DNA from: Antedon mediterranea
Taxonomy: Eukaryota; Animalia; Echinodermata
Reading direction: 5' to 3'
Length of the DNA: 64,000 nucleotides
Assembly (NCBI RefSeq): GCF_964355755.1
Contig: NC_092672.1
Span: 1,612,001-1,676,000 of the forward strand
Positions 47,301-61,800 of the stretch are shown here, one piece after another (the first letter of the stretch is position 1; the number at the start of each line of letters is the position of its first letter). The notes below the pieces were generated by a model that was not told the DNA's origin, did no database searches, and saw only the letters and a list, made by a program, of their open reading frames with translations. A program made the position numbers and the translations under genes.

Positions 47301-49301
47301 GCATGCGTTACATGCGCTACGCACGAAATTGTATTGCCATATGATGATTTATGCCCTGAAATTTATGAGTACTAAATTTTATTTAATTGTGATTCATGGT
47401 TGTGAAGATATGATTACAAACGTGATTTCGTTAAATCGTGCGTAGACCGCGTAATTTTTTATTGCGCACCGTTAAAATATAACCACATCGATTCCTGGCC
47501 ATAAGGAATATACTGTGAAAAATTGACTTAGATAGATTAAACTGATATCAAGATAAGGTCAGAAAGCGATAAAACGCATAGTGATACCGGACCGACAGAC
47601 AGACAGACCGACCGACCGACATAGAGTGAACTATGGATAAAAACCAAAGGTACAACCCCAAAAATCGTACCCGCGCCACTGAATGATACTGAAGTGCAGT
47701 CCTTATGAAACATATTACTCTGAAATCTAACTTTTGAAGTAGTAGTATATAGACCTTTTTTATTTTGTATTCAGTAAACAAACTTTGTAATGCGGATTAG
47801 AATTAAACTTATTGGATCTCAAAGAATAATAATAATTAATATGTGTAATATAAGTCTTACGTATTATGATGTTAACAACATTTCGTTTTTAAAACAATGA
47901 GGCTTTTCATATCATTCTATATGTGGTCAGGATTGGAATTAAACTTATTGGATCTCAAAGAATAATAATATGTGTAGAGTCTTACTTATTATGATGTTAA
48001 CAACATTTCGTTTTTAAAACAATGAAGCTTCCTAATTATTACATCGTTCTACTGTACATGTGGTCAGGATTGAAATAAAACATCAAAAAAGATTTTGTTT
48101 AAATATTATTGTTATAATTCTGAAGGAACTAACCTGTTTCTGATTTATCCTCTTTTCGCATTCCTTGTCCTTCATTACTACTGGTTGCCACGTCTTGCTC
48201 TGTTTAAATAATAAAATAATAATAAGAACAAAAAATGAAAAGACAATTATTCTATTATTAACTTTTCAGTAGACCTATTTTTATTTGTCTTCAGACAATT
48301 ATTTTACCTAAAAAACTATCGATCGGAGAGCAAAAGTATACGGTAAATTATTGGTAACTAACCTGTTTCTAATTTAGCTTTTTTTCGCATTCCTTGTCCT
48401 TCATTACTACTGGTTGCCACGTCTTGCTCTGTTTAAATAATAAAATAATAATAATAACAAAAAAATGAAAAGACAATTATTCTACCATAATAAAAAAAAT
48501 CTACCGATTGGGAGCAAAATTATACGGTACATTTTTAGTAAACTAACCTGTTTCTGATTTTACATCTTAATATTGTGTACTGTTATTATGTAAATCAAAT
48601 ATTTATAAACCCGTTTTATAATAATAATTATTATGACCATGGAGAAATAAGTTATTTCTCCATGTTATAACTAATAACTTAACGTTATATAGTTAAATAC
48701 ACATTTCAAAATATTACGTAATTAATTAGGTTCTATTGAAATCAAATGATCTCAAGTGAGTGTATTATGCATAATAATGTGACGATCTACCTTTTAGAAA
48801 ACTTTGTGCATGTTGGTTTATAAGCTTTGCAAAAGTGTCACGGTCGTCTTGTGAATTCAAGCGTCCGGCTTTCTCAATGTGATATACAACATCCCATATA
48901 TTGTTATAGTTGTAGGCACTCAGTTTGTAGAAACCAATAACCGACATCAAATCGTCGTTGTCAGTGTTAGTTAGCACATTAAACAATGCTCTGCGATATG
49001 CTGTTAATCCTACACCTGCTGTATCGCTACTTTGGATAGTGTTCTTATATGTGTCTGTGCGTTTTGTTGCTGAGGCCATCTTGGTTACTTCAGCAATGTC
49101 CGACAACAGCTTCACATCAGTTTTGGAAATCAATCCACGGTCAGTCAGTTGATTAAATAAATCTGGGGCTGATTTTTCATCAAGAGTTCCAATGGGTATA
49201 ATACCAAATAGAAGCATTCTCAGCCATCGCATCTTTACACCAGAATAGTGTTCACTTAGTTCTCCCAGAAATGTTTGGAATTCTACATCTTTTTCATCCA
49301 T
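42243..49301 (-). CDS. NLR (DED-DED-NACHT-LRR) receptor, copy 2, about 931 aa
   Basis: Exons (minus strand): 49301-48791 (ATGGATGAAAAA...AAAG|gtagat), possible 18-nt exon 48565-48548, 48428-48363, 48199-48134, 44395-42243. All junctions are phase 1 and the frame stays open. Confidence 0.8.
45813..45848. mobile_element. 36-bp perfect palindrome with 8-bp TSD (minimal P/hAT-like MITE)
   Basis: TATATTAT|CAGAGCCATATATATAAATTTATATATATGGCTCTG|TATATTAT. Absent from the homologous segments near 15770 and 45530. Confidence 0.7.
46329..47700. mobile_element. Copy-2-specific intronic insertion, Helentron/DINE-like remnant
   Basis: Not present at the paralogous position near 18700. Contains (GACC/GACA)n tracts at 47020 and 47590. 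Family call is weak. Confidence 0.45.
48791..49301 (-). CDS. Tandem death-effector-domain-like exon of NLR copy 2
   Basis: Within ORF 48765-49343: FQTFLGELSE...LRMLLFGIIP...DLFNQLTDRGLISKTDVKLL and YRRALFNV...IWDVVYHIEKAGRL. Confidence 0.75.
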
Positions 49302-50284
49302 TATGAATCTGTTAAACAATAAAACAAAATTCTTATTTTGCAATCTGAATAAATTTAATTTTATCGAATTTCCTTCTGATCTTCTACTGATTTAGCAACT
49401 TCGATAGCATGCTAGTTTTTACAAAAATCTTTTTTTTTAAATAAAATATTAAATTTTGCCTTCGAAATGCCATTTTCGACTAACCCACTCAAACAGAAAG
49501 CTTTAGATTATACCAGGAAGAGTGAATTACTTTCTTAATAACTTATTCCCTATTCATATATTGAATTGTACACAATGCCAGAATGTTATTAATAAGCCTA
49601 ATAGACCATTATTCGATTAAAAAATGTCTTATAGAAAATGCTCACATTTTATGTTTTATTCGGTTCGACCAAAAATGTACAATATCTCCACAATCAGCTT
49701 CGTCTTGACCTGCTGTAAATATGAAAATAAAACAAATGATTCATATAATAAAATAATGTTTTTTTAATTTAGTGGATATCAACAATCAACAAATTAGTGG
49801 CACAAACAACAAATATAAAACCTGTTTTCCTGTCGACGTAACGTTACAGCGAGTTGAGTTGACAGGTTCAACGATTTTACAGGAAAATGGGGTAAAAATC
49901 AATGTTAAAAATCGTTGAAGTTGAACCGAGTTTAACTTCAACGATCGTTAAAACTGACTCGAACCAAATGGTTCACAAATTACGTCAGTTTGTGAAAAAA
50001 TATGTACGCGCTGACAATTCTTGAATTTTTACAACGCGATGATGTTTTTCACCTTTTTTGTACACTTTTGAAGATATTACAAAATAACAAGTGTAAGTCA
50101 AACTAAATTATAATGTTAAAAGAATTTAATTGAATGTTTGTCTTTGTGTAAAAACTGTTTTTCAGTCGACGTTATTCGACGCTATCATCGTTGATAGTTA
50201 AAAGTTCAACGACATTCGTTTGAAAACGATCACGACGACAGCGCGAACACTTGATTTCTAACGTTAGAGTAGACAATCTTGTCT

Positions 50285-51890
50285 TCTACCAAAATATTTT
50301 GAAAATATTAAGTAGGTCCAAGTGTTATAACGTTCTTAAAGCTATAGTTACTTTCGCTGTAGTTGGCGTAGATGCAAAAATGTTCGCGGAACTGGGGTGG
50401 AAAATCGTAGAGTAGGTCAAGAATAATCGATCCATAGCAAAATATTTTTGAAAAAAATAAGTAGGTATAGTAGGTCAAGTGTTATAACTTTTGTAAAGCT
50501 AGTTACTTAGTCGCCGTAGAGGGCGTAGATGCCAAATAAGTTCGCGGAACTTGGGTGGCAAATGGTACAGTAGGTCAAGGGTCATCGATCTATACCAAAA
50601 TATTTTGAAAATATTAAGTAGGTCGATCAATTGTAATAACGTTTGTAATGCCAGTTACTTATTCGCCGTAGAGGGCGTAGACGCCAACAAGTTTGCAGAA
50701 CTAGGGTGGCAAACGGTATAGTAGGTCAAGGTTCATCGATGCATGCCAAAATATTTCGAAAAAATAAATAGGTCAATTGTTATAACGTTTGTAAAGCTAT
50801 AAGTAGATGTAAAACAGTTCGCGGAACTAGGGTGGCAAATGGTAAAGTAGGTCAAGGGTCGTCGATCAATGCCCAAATATTTTGAAAGTAGGTCAATTGT
50901 TAAAACATATGTAAAGCTAGTTACTTATTCGCCGAAGAGGGTGTAGACGCCAAAAAGTTCGCGGAAATAGGGTGGCAAATGGTAAAATAGGTCAAGGGTC
51001 ATCGATCCAAAGCAAAAAATGTTGAAAGCATTAAGTAGGTCAAGTGTTATAACGTTCGTAAAGCTAGTTACTTATTCGCCGTAGAGTGCGTAGATGCAAA
51101 CAATTTGTGGAACTAGGATGGCAAATGGTAGAGTAGGTCAAGGGTCATCAATCCATATCAAAATATTTTGAAAATTTTAAATAGGTAAAGTGTTATAACG
51201 TTTATTAAGTTAGTTACTTATTCACCGTAGACGCAAAAAAGTTTGCAGAACTATTGTGGAAAATGGTAAAGTAGGTCAAGGGTCATCGATTCATACCAAA
51301 ATATTTTGAAAATATTAAATAGATCAAGTGTTATAACGTTCGTAAAGCTAGTTACTTTTTCGCCGTGGAGGGCGTAGATGTAAACAAGTTCATGGAACTA
51401 GGATGGCAAATGGTAGAGTAGGTCAAGGTTCATCAATCCATTCCAAATTATTTTGAAAACATTAAGTAGGTCAAGTGTTATAACGTGTGTAAAGTTAGTT
51501 ACTTTAGAGGCAAAAAAGTTCGCGGAACTAGGGTGGAAAATGGTAGCGTATGTCAAGGGTCAATGATCCATACCAAAATATTTTGAAAAAATAAGTAGGT
51601 CAAGTGTTATAACGTTAGTAAAAGCTAGCTACTTATTCGCCGTAGAGGGCTTAGATGCAACAAAGTTCGCGGAACTAGGGTGGCAAATAGTAGAGTAGAT
51701 CAAGGGTCATCGATCCATACCAAAATATTTTGAAAAAATTAAGTAGGTCAAGTGTTATAATGTTCGTAAAGATAGTTACTTATTTGCCGTAGAGGGCGTA
51801 TATGCAAAAAATGTTCGCGGAACTACGGTGGAAAATGGTAGAGTAGGTCAAGGGTCATCGATCCATACCAAAATATTTTGAAAAAAATTA
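50285..51890. repeat. Diverged about 148-bp tandem satellite, about 11 copies
   Basis: Recurrent AGTAGGTCAAGGGTCATCGATCCATACCAAAATATTTTG and GTTCGCGGAACTAGGGTGG. Period measured 51695 to 51843. Confidence 0.88.
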
Positions 51891-52388
51891 CTCAGGATCT
51901 GTCAAAGGGGGGTTCGGACACTAAATATTTGGGTCAACCCCCCCCCCCCCCCCCCCCCCACCACATAAATACTGATGTACGTCGGAAGGCTATATACTTT
52001 ATGCATGCTGCCTGACTGCCAGTGATTTAAACAATTATAGGTACGCAGTTGTCTGGCGGTGTCCTTTGTACGAATCGTTCGTGCGCCAGCTCGCTATGAG
52101 ACGCGTCAATATCATGTTACATGCGGGGACCAATCATTTATTTTTCAGGTTAAAATCGGCAATTCATTTGCAGCTTTTAGAAGAAGGTTCACGAACAAGT
52201 TTACGAATTTTTCAATTTACAAACAACTTTTTGTACTGTGGGGCACGTATTTGGAGGATTTTTGGAGATGAGGGTGAGGTATTGGGCATGTCGGGGATGG
52301 GGGTTCGCAGTTGGTTAGGGGGGGTTCGCTGTAAAGGGTGGGGGGGGGGGGGGGTTCGCCCGAACCATAAAAACCCCCGCTGGCTACG

Positions 52389-52565
52389 GGCCTGCTTTCA
52401 CACCTGATCCGGCACGGTTCCGGTCCGGCGATGGCAAATCCAAGCGAACGTCAATGTTTTGTTTGTACGCACATATATCGGTGCATAGCCGCTTGGAGAG
52501 TCGTGAAAAACAAACATTGGCGTTCGATTCGCCGGAACCGTGCCGGAACAGGAGTGAAAGGCCCT
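52389..52565. mobile_element. Palindromic MITE (Harbinger-like)
   Basis: TTTCACACCTGATCCGGCACGGTTCCGG ... CCGGAACCGTGCCGGAACAGGAGTGAAAGGCCC inverted arms. Confidence 0.6.
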
Positions 52566-55444
52566 TAAACATGTTGAAGCAAGTCCGACTTGGACTACGT
52601 CATGTCATAGCGACAATGGAAAATGCGGAAATTCACCACGCGATAGATTTTTTAGGGGGCCTAGCTCTTTCTGGCCGTTCACGCTATGAAATACGTGGTT
52701 CGACGCGATCATACTTTGTTGGAGGCCTAGAAAATATTAAAGTTAACGTATCGCCATGGTTCCTTTACACAATTTGAAGTTTTTTTTTGTTGTTAAATTA
52801 ATACTGATCTTGTTCCAATATTAAACGATTACAATTAATTTTCATGTATAGCCTATACAGTGTAGTCCTGATGCTGAAAAAGTTTAGTTGTAACAAATAG
52901 ACTATAAAAGCTCGACTTCATTAAGTCGAACTGCAAACTTCGACTACTTCTATGAATAGAATTTGAAGTAATAGCTGGAACTAGCACTTTTTGAAGTCGA
53001 AGTTTGAACTACGACTAAAGTTCGGTTTAAGAATACGAGCGTTAAACATCAGTATAGTGACCGCGCCGCGATGCAACAAAAGTAAATGTAGTCAGCAGGA
53101 TTTTTCCATCAATATGTGACGTCATGTACTGTATCGCCAAGATGGTTGGTCATTCATTATTTGTATATGCCATATTTTTAATAGAATTTTAAAGGACCCT
53201 GAACATGAACTGCTGACATTCTTGTTACTACATATCATGTTAACAACATTTCACAATCAGGTAACATATACCTGTTTTACATTCTGCAGTCTACGCCTTA
53301 ATCGCACCTATCAACGACTGCGCTGTAACTATAGGAACCAATGCAAGTAATATACTAATGGTACTATATATTATTTCAATTTTTATATGCAACTCACGGT
53401 TTTTAACGGTGACGTCTTCTGCTATCTGGCGTATACGGTGACGTCATCTGGTAGAGTGAACAGTTTTCTTAACTCAGTTCCCAGCGTTGCGTTACAATTC
53501 TTTACAGTTCCTTCTGATTGGACAATGATAATGCAGTGTACCACTCATGCGGTGATGATGTTACACTTTCGGTGTTGAGTCCCACTCTTTAGGCAAAGCC
53601 ACACTTCGTCTGTAGTTAAGTGATGAGCAACAGCAGTTATTGAAAGCTGAGGAACGAGTGAGCTAAATCACGAGGTATATCCAGGTATATAGATACACAG
53701 GGCGTTGTGCTGGTCACGAGCAAAATATGACCAAAGGTTACATTTATACCTGACGTGATATTGTTTGAATAAAATAGATAATTACTGAATAAATAACATG
53801 TTATCTTTTAGTAGGCCAAATGCACCAATTTGTCTGTAAGACTGCACATAGTCAGTTCTATTGATCCCCCACTTCTGCTGTCCCACCACGTCACACAAAT
53901 CACAACTACAGTATAATTCCTGGTGTTAGACTCAATTTGTTAAAGTTTTCCTTTGGAAGTTTCTGTTAAAAAACATCCAAATTTGTATTCATTTTGTCTG
54001 CAAAACATTGTAACAAAAGTAAATGTGTACATTGTTGTACAATGAATATAAATTACTCGTACAGAACGATGCATTTAAGTTACTGTACTTCGAGAAAAGA
54101 CGACTTTTAATTAACAAATAAAACATGTATCAGGCTAAACGTGTTGGAAAAGCCATTTTACGGTAGTTTTTTTAGCGTATTTCAAAAATATTTGACCGAA
54201 TCATGGCTGTTTTTGCAACGCTCTCCTTAATTAATAACCTACAATCTCATGCTATTTTTAATTTCTAATTTCAATTTCATAAAACGTCGTCGGAGGGATT
54301 CTTTAAAGTAACACCGTTTAAAATCGTCCTATGGTTTAACTATAGGCCTGTTTATAAAATCTTTAGATAATTAGGTTACAAAATCCTCTCTAACTTCTGA
54401 TATCATTGTCCGATTACGATGGCTGTTCCACTATGCAATAACTGACCAATCAAGCTTTCTAATAACCTAAAAGTAATTTGATTGGTTCAGAGTGCTCGTG
54501 GGAACACCCCTTTTAATGATACAGTGACTTGGCTTGACCGAAATCAACAGTGCTAAAGAAGAATAGGAGAACATTTCAAAAGTCATCGAACCATTCGCGA
54601 GTTCGTCTAATTTAGACACTAAACTAAAGTTGTATTTACTCCAGAACGACCAGTCCAAAACATTTCATTTTTGTACGAGAGATAAGAGTTATGATTACTT
54701 ATTTGTAATTTGTAAATATATTGTAGAATAAGGTTTGTGTTTTTATATATGAGTAGTTTAAAAACACTTGTTTGTTTCAAAACCACCAGCGTGAGTTTTG
54801 CGGTGTTTATGGACTCTTCCATTATAAAAGTAGGGAGGCAATGCTGGGCTAGTATTATTATACCTGATGTAAAACGTTGACTAATACCATAAATAAAGGT
54901 TTTTAAAAAAGTACTGTAATATTATTTATTCATATTTGTTATATATTATCCAAAGACAATTTACTATGCTACGAGTAACAGTGGCTGGATCTTAATTGAG
55001 ATATATACAAATAGCTATTAATCAAAACGTAAAAGAAAACAGAAATACCAAGCTTTGTCAGGCTAACATATATTTGTTATACAGTATTCTATTGCATTTA
55101 AATAATAAAAAATAAATTGTTAATCCACATTAGTTATACAATAATAATGAATAGATTATAATTATTTTCTCCATCATGGTAATACCTGTACTTATTACTC
55201 TGTTTGTTGCATTCTATTTGTATATTATATTATATTATATATTATATATTATTATGGTCAGTTATTCAGTTGATTTGTTTTTAACACGTCTCCCCGCATT
55301 GTTCAATTTAACCTATTGTTTTGTTTTCTTTTGTTTGTCATGAACTATTGTGTTCTAAGATGAACAATTTTTCTAATTTCTTTGAAAATGTATGTTTATC
55401 TATTTATCGTCGTTTTTTATCGCCAATAGTATAAACGGGCCTTA

Positions 55445-55628
55445 AAGCCGATTTACACAGACGAGCGGTAACGGTAATACAAATATAGAATCTATGTTAT
55501 TCATTATGACCATTTTAACACAACGCTGAGCGGACGGGCGGTTTCCGCTGAGGATCATCAGATTCTACGTGGGACAAGCTACGCGGTTTTCCGCTTACCG
55601 TTAACGCTCGTCTGTGTCAATTGGCATT
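55445..55628. mobile_element. Palindromic MITE (Harbinger-like)
   Basis: GCCGATTTACACAGACGAGCGGTAACGGTAA ... TTACCGTTAACGCTCGTCTGTGTCAATTGGC. Confidence 0.65.
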
Positions 55629-55832
55629 TATACTGATAATCAACTGTCTCTTTTGTAATTGAGTTTGGAAACTTGTGACGTCATAGGGCAAATCTGCCGA
55701 GTCAGATAAGCTTAATATTTCCGTTTTCAGTTCCTTAACCTTCGACGATTGCAGTATAACGAAGTCTTGTTTTTGTAATAATATAATTTATTATATACAA
55801 ACTATACCGTAATAACGTTCTGTGGAGTGTAA

Positions 55833-58800
55833 TTAGTCGAGTGGTAAGTAGCCTACTAGATGGTAAGTAGTCGAGTGGTAAGTACTAGATGGTAAGTAGT
55901 CGAGTGGTAAGTACTAGATGGTAAGTAGTCGAGTGGTAAGTACTAGATGGTAAGTAGTCGAGTGGTAAGTACTAGATGGTAAGTAGTCGAGTGGTAAGTA
56001 CTAGATGGTAAGTAGTCGAGTGGTAAGTACTAGATGGTAAGTAGTCGAGTGGTAAGTACTAGATGGTAAGTAGTCGAGTGGTAAGTACTAGATGGTAAGT
56101 AGTCGAGTGGTAAGTACTAGATGGTAAGTAGTCGAGTGGTAAGTACTAGATGGTAAGTAGTCGAGTGGTAAGTACTAGATGGTAAGTAGTCGAGTGGTAA
56201 GTACTAGATGGTAAGTAGTCGAGTGGTAAGTACTAGATGGTAAGTAGTCGAGTGGTAAGTACTAGATGGTAAGTAGTCGAGTGGTAAGTACTAGATGGTA
56301 AGTAGTCGAGTGGTAAGTACTAGATGGTAAGTAGTCGAGTGGTAAGTACTAGATGGTAAGTAGTCGAGTGGTAAGTACTAGATGGTAAGTAGTCGAGTGG
56401 TAAGTACTAGATGGTAAGTAGTCGAGTGGTAAGTACTAGATGGTAAGTAGTCGAGTGGTAAGTACTAGATGGTAAGTAGTCGAGTGGTAAGTACTAGATG
56501 GTAAGTAGTCGAGTGGTAAGTACTAGATGGTAAGTAGTCGAGTGGTAAGTACTAGATGGTAAGTAGTCGAGTGGTAAGTACTAGATGGTAAGTAGTCGAG
56601 TGGTAAGTACTAGATGGTAAGTAGTCGAGTGGTAAGTACTAGATGGTAAGTAGTCGAGTGGTAAGTACTAGATGGTAAGTAGTCGAGTGGTAAGTACTAG
56701 ATGGTAAGTAGTCGAGTGGTAAGTACTAGATGGTAAGTAGTCGAGTGGTAAGTACTAGATGGTAAGTAGTCGAGTGGTAAGTACTAGATGGTAAGTAGTC
56801 GAGTGGTAAGTACTAGATGGTAAGTAGTCGAGTGGTAAGTACTAGATGGTAAGTAGTCGAGTGGTAAGTACTAGATGGTAAGTAGTCGAGTGGTAAGTAC
56901 TAGATGGTAAGTAGTCGAGTGGTAAGTACTAGATGGTAAGTAGTCGAGTGGTAAGTACTAGATGGTAAGTAGTCGAGTGGTAAGTACTAGATGGTAAGTA
57001 GTCGAGTGGTAAGTACTAGATGGTAAGTAGTCGAGTGGTAAGTACTAGATGGTAAGTAGTCGAGTGGTAAGTACTAGATGGTAAGTAGTCGAGTGGTAAG
57101 TACTAGATGGTAAGTAGTCGAGTGGTAAGTACTAGATGGTAAGTAGTCGAGTGGTAAGTACTAGATGGTAAGTAGTCGAGTGGTAAGTACTAGATGGTAA
57201 GTAGTCGAGTGGTAAGTACTAGATGGTAAGTAGTCGAGTGGTAAGTACTAGATGGTAAGTAGTCGAGTGGTAAGTACTAGATGGTAAGTAGTCGAGTGGT
57301 AAGTACTAGATGGTAAGTAGTCGAGTGGTAAGTACTAGATGGTAAGTAGTCGAGTGGTAAGTACTAGATGGTAAGTAGTCGAGTGGTAAGTACTAGATGG
57401 TAAGTAGTCGAGTGGTAAGTACTAGATGGTAAGTAGTCGAGTGGTAAGTACTAGATGGTAAGTAGTCGAGTGGTAAGTACTAGATGGTAAGTAGTCGAGT
57501 GGTAAGTACTAGATGGTAAGTAGTCGAGTGGTAAGTACTAGATGGTAAGTAGTCGAGTGGTAAGTACTAGATGGTAAGTAGTCGAGTGGTAAGTACTAGA
57601 TGGTAAGTAGTCGAGTGGTAAGTACTAGATGGTAAGTAGTCGAGTGGTAAGTACTAGATGGTAAGTAGTCGAGTGGTAAGTACTAGATGGTAAGTAGTCG
57701 AGTGGTAAGTACTAGATGGTAAGTAGTCGAGTGGTAAGTACTAGATGGTAAGTAGTCGAGTGGTAAGTACTAGATGGTAAGTAGTCGAGTGGTAAGTACT
57801 AGATGGTAAGTAGTCGAGTGGTAAGTACTAGATGGTAAGTAGTCGAGTGGTAAGTACTAGATGGTAAGTAGTCGAGTGGTAAGTACTAGATGGTAAGTAG
57901 TCGAGTGGTAAGTACTAGATGGTAAGTAGTCGAGTGGTAAGTACTAGATGGTAAGTAGTCGAGTGGTAAGTACTAGATGGTAAGTAGTCGAGTGGTAAGT
58001 ACTAGATGGTAAGTAGTCGAGTGGTAAGTACTAGATGGTAAGTAGTCGAGTGGTAAGTACTAGATGGTAAGTAGTCGAGTGGTAAGTACTAGATGGTAAG
58101 TAGTCGAGTGGTAAGTACTAGATGGTAAGTAGTCGAGTGGTAAGTACTAGATGGTAAGTAGTCGAGTGGTAAGTACTAGATGGTAAGTAGTCGAGTGGTA
58201 AGTACTAGATGGTAAGTAGTCGAGTGGTAAGTACTAGATGGTAAGTAGTCGAGTGGTAAGTACTAGATGGTAAGTAGTCGAGTGGTAAGTACTAGATGGT
58301 AAGTAGTCGAGTGGTAAGTACTAGATGGTAAGTAGTCGAGTGGTAAGTACTAGATGGTAAGTAGTCGAGTGGTAAGTACTAGATGGTAAGTAGTCGAGTG
58401 GTAAGTACTAGATGGTAAGTAGTCGAGTGGTAAGTACTAGATGGTAAGTAGTCGAGTGGTAAGTACTAGATGGTAAGTAGTCGAGTGGTAAGTACTAGAT
58501 GGTAAGTAGTCGAGTGGTAAGTACTAGATGGTAAGTAGTCGAGTGGTAAGTACTAGATGGTAAGTAGTCGAGTGGTAAGTACTAGATGGTAAGTAGTCGA
58601 GTGGTAAGTACTAGATGGTAAGTAGTCGAGTGGTAAGTACTAGATGGTAAGTAGTCGAGTGGTAAGTACTAGATGGTAAGTAGTCGAGTGGTAAGTACTA
58701 GATGGTAAGTAGTCGAGTGGTAAGTACTAGATGGTAAGTAGTCGAGTGGTAAGTACTAGATGGTAAGTAGTCGAGTGGTAAGTACTAGATGGTAAGTAGT

Positions 58801-61800
58801 CGAGTGGTAAGTACTAGATGGTAAGTAGTCGAGTGGTAAGTACTAGATGGTAAGTAGTCGAGTGGTAAGTACTAGATGGTAAGTAGTCGAGTGGTAAGTA
58901 CTAGATGGTAAGTAGTCGAGTGGTAAGTACTAGATGGTAAGTAGTCGAGTGGTAAGTACTAGATGGTAAGTAGTCGAGTGGTAAGTACTAGATGGTAAGT
59001 AGTCGAGTGGTAAGTACTAGATGGTAAGTAGTCGATTGGTAAGTACTAGATGGTAAGTAGTCGAGTGGTAAGTACTAGATGGTAAGTAGTCGAGTGGTAA
59101 GTACTAGATGGTAAGTAGTCGAGTGGTAAGTACTAGATGGTAAGTAGTCGAGTGGTAAGTACTAGATGGTAAGTAGTCGAGTGGTAAGTACTAGATGGTA
59201 AGTAGTCGAGTGGTAAGTACTAGATGGTAAGTAGTCGAGTGGTAAGTACTAGATGGTAAGTAGTCGAGTGGTAAGTACTAGATGGTAAGTAGTCGAGTGG
59301 TAAGTACTAGATGGTAAGTAGTCGAGTGGTAAGTACTAGATGGTAAGTAGTCGAGTGGTAAGTACTAGATGGTAAGTAGTCGAGTGGTAAGTACTAGATG
59401 GTAAGTAGTCGAGTGGTAAGTACTAGATGGTAAGTAGTCGAGTGGTAAGTACTAGATGGTAAGTAGTCGAGTGGTAAGTACTAGATGGTAAGTAGTCGAG
59501 TGGTAAGTACTAGATGGTAAGTAGTCGAGTGGTAAGTACTAGATGGTAAGTAGTCGAGTGGTAAGTACTAGATGGTAAGTAGTCGAGTGGTAAGTACTAG
59601 ATGGTAAGTAGTCGAGTGGTAAGTACTAGATGGTAAGTAGTCGAGTGGTAAGTACTAGATGGTAAGTAGTCGAGTGGTAAGTACTAGATGGTAAGTAGTC
59701 GAGTGGTAAGTACTAGATGGTAAGTAGTCGAGTGGTAAGTACTAGATGGTAAGTAGTCGAGTGGTAAGTACTAGATGGTAAGTAGTCGAGTGGTAAGTAC
59801 TAGATGGTAAGTAGTCGAGTGGTAAGTACTAGATGGTAAGTAGTCGAGTGGTAAGTACTAGATGGTAAGTAGTCGAGTGGTAAGTACTAGATGGTAAGTA
59901 GTCGAGTGGTAAGTACTAGATGGTAAGTAGTCGAGTGGTAAGTACTAGATGGTAAGTAGTCGAGTGGTAAGTACTAGATGGTAAGTAGTCGAGTGGTAAG
60001 TACTAGATGGTAAGTAGTCGAGTGGTAAGTACTAGATGGTAATTAGTCGAGTGGTAAGTACTAGATGGTAAGTAGTCGAGTGGTAAGTACTAGATGGTAA
60101 GTAGTCGAGTGGTAAGTACTAGATGGTAAGTAGTCGAGTGGTAAGTACTAGATGGTAAGTAGTCGAGTGGTAAGTACTAGATGGTAATTAGTCGAGTGGT
60201 AAGTACTAGATGGTAATTAGTCGAGTGGTAAGTACTAGATGGTAATTAGTCGAGTGGTAAGTACTAGATGGTAAGTAGTCGAGTGGTAAGTACTAGATGG
60301 TAAGTAGTCGAGTGGTAAGTACTAGATGGTAAGTAGTCGAGTGGTAAGTACTAGATGGTAAGTAGTCGAGTGGTAAGTACTAGATGGTAAGTAGTCGAGT
60401 GGTAAGTACTAGATGGTAAGTAGTCGAGTGGTAAGTACTAGATGGTAATTAGTCGAGTGGTAAGTACTAGATGGTAAGTAGTCGAGTGGTAAGTACTAGA
60501 TGGTAAGTAGTCGAGTGGTAAGTACTAGATGGTAAGTAGTCGAGTGGTAAGTACTAGATGGTAAGTAGTCGAGTGGTAAGTACTAGATGGTAAGTAGTCG
60601 AGTGGTAAGTACTAGATGGTAAGTAGTCGAGTGGTAAGTACTAGATGGTAAGTAGTCGAGTGGTAAGTACTAGATGGTAAGTAGTCGAGTGGTAAGTACT
60701 AGATGGTAAGTAGTCGAGTGGTAAGTACTAGATGGTAAGTAGTCGAGTGGTAAGTACTAGATGGTACGTAGTCGAGTGGTAAGTACTAGATGGTAAGTAG
60801 TCGAGTGGTAAGTACTAGATGGTAATTAGTCGAGTGGTAAGTACTAGATGGTAATTAGTCGAGTGGTAAGTACTAGATGGTAATTAGTCGAGTGGTAAGT
60901 ACTAGATGGTAAGTAGTCGAGTGGTAAGTACTAGATGGTAAGTAGTCGAGTGGAAAGTACTAGATGGTAATTAGTCGAGTGGAAAGTACTAGATGGTAAG
61001 TAGTCGAGTGGAAAGTACTAGATGGTAAGTAGTCGAGTGGTAAGTACTAGATGGTAAGTAGTCGAGTGGTAAGTACTAGATGGTAAGTAGTCGAGTGGTA
61101 AGTACTAGATGGTAAGTAGTCGAGTGGTAAGTACTAGATGGTAAGTAGTCGAGTGGTAAGTACTAGATGGTAAGTAGTCGAGTGGTAAGTACTAGATGGT
61201 AAGTAGTCGAGTGGTAAGTACTAGATGGTAAGTAGTCGAGTGGTAAGTACTAGATGGTAAGTACTCGAGTGGTAAGTACTAGATGGTAAGTAGTCGAGTG
61301 GTAAGTACTAGATGGTAAGTAGTCGAGTGGTAAGTACTAGATGGTAAGTAGTCGAGTGGTAAGTACTAGATGGTAAGTACTCGAGTGGTAAGTACTAGAT
61401 GGTAAGTACTCGAGTGGTAAGTACTAGATGGTAAGTAGTCGAGTGGTAAGTACTAGATGGTAAGTAGTCGAGTGGTAAGTACTAGATGGTAAGTAGTCGA
61501 GTGGTAAGTACTAGATGGTAAGTAGTCGAGTGGTAAGTACTAGATGGTAAGTACTCGAGTGGTAAGTACTAGATGGTAAGTAGTCGAGTGGTAAGTACTA
61601 GATGGTAAGTAGTCGAGTGGTAAGTACTAGATGGTAAGTAGTCGAGTGGTAAGTACTAGATGGTAAGTAGTCGAGTGGTAAGTACTAGATGGTAAGTACT
61701 CGAGTGGTAAGTACTAGATGGTAAGTAGTCGAGTGGTAAGTACTAGATGGTAAGTAGTCGAGTGGTAAGTACTAGATGGTAAGTAGTCGAGTGGTAAGTA

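Larger units (their letters stand above)
36911..48565. repeat. Segmental tandem duplication of about 5449-19340
   Basis: Colinear near-identity of exons, introns, 3' UTR, intergenic DNA, NACHT-LRR exon and linker exons at an offset of about 29-31 kb. Confidence 0.93.

Noticed and set aside
36911-48565. Duplicate as an uncollapsed allelic haplotype
   Set aside because: Many disabling lesions, copy-specific insertions and unrelated flanks fit true paralogy better. Read depth was not checked.
55825-55865. tRNA gene at the start of the 29-bp array
   Set aside because: Only an A-box-like stretch; no B-box or cloverleaf found.
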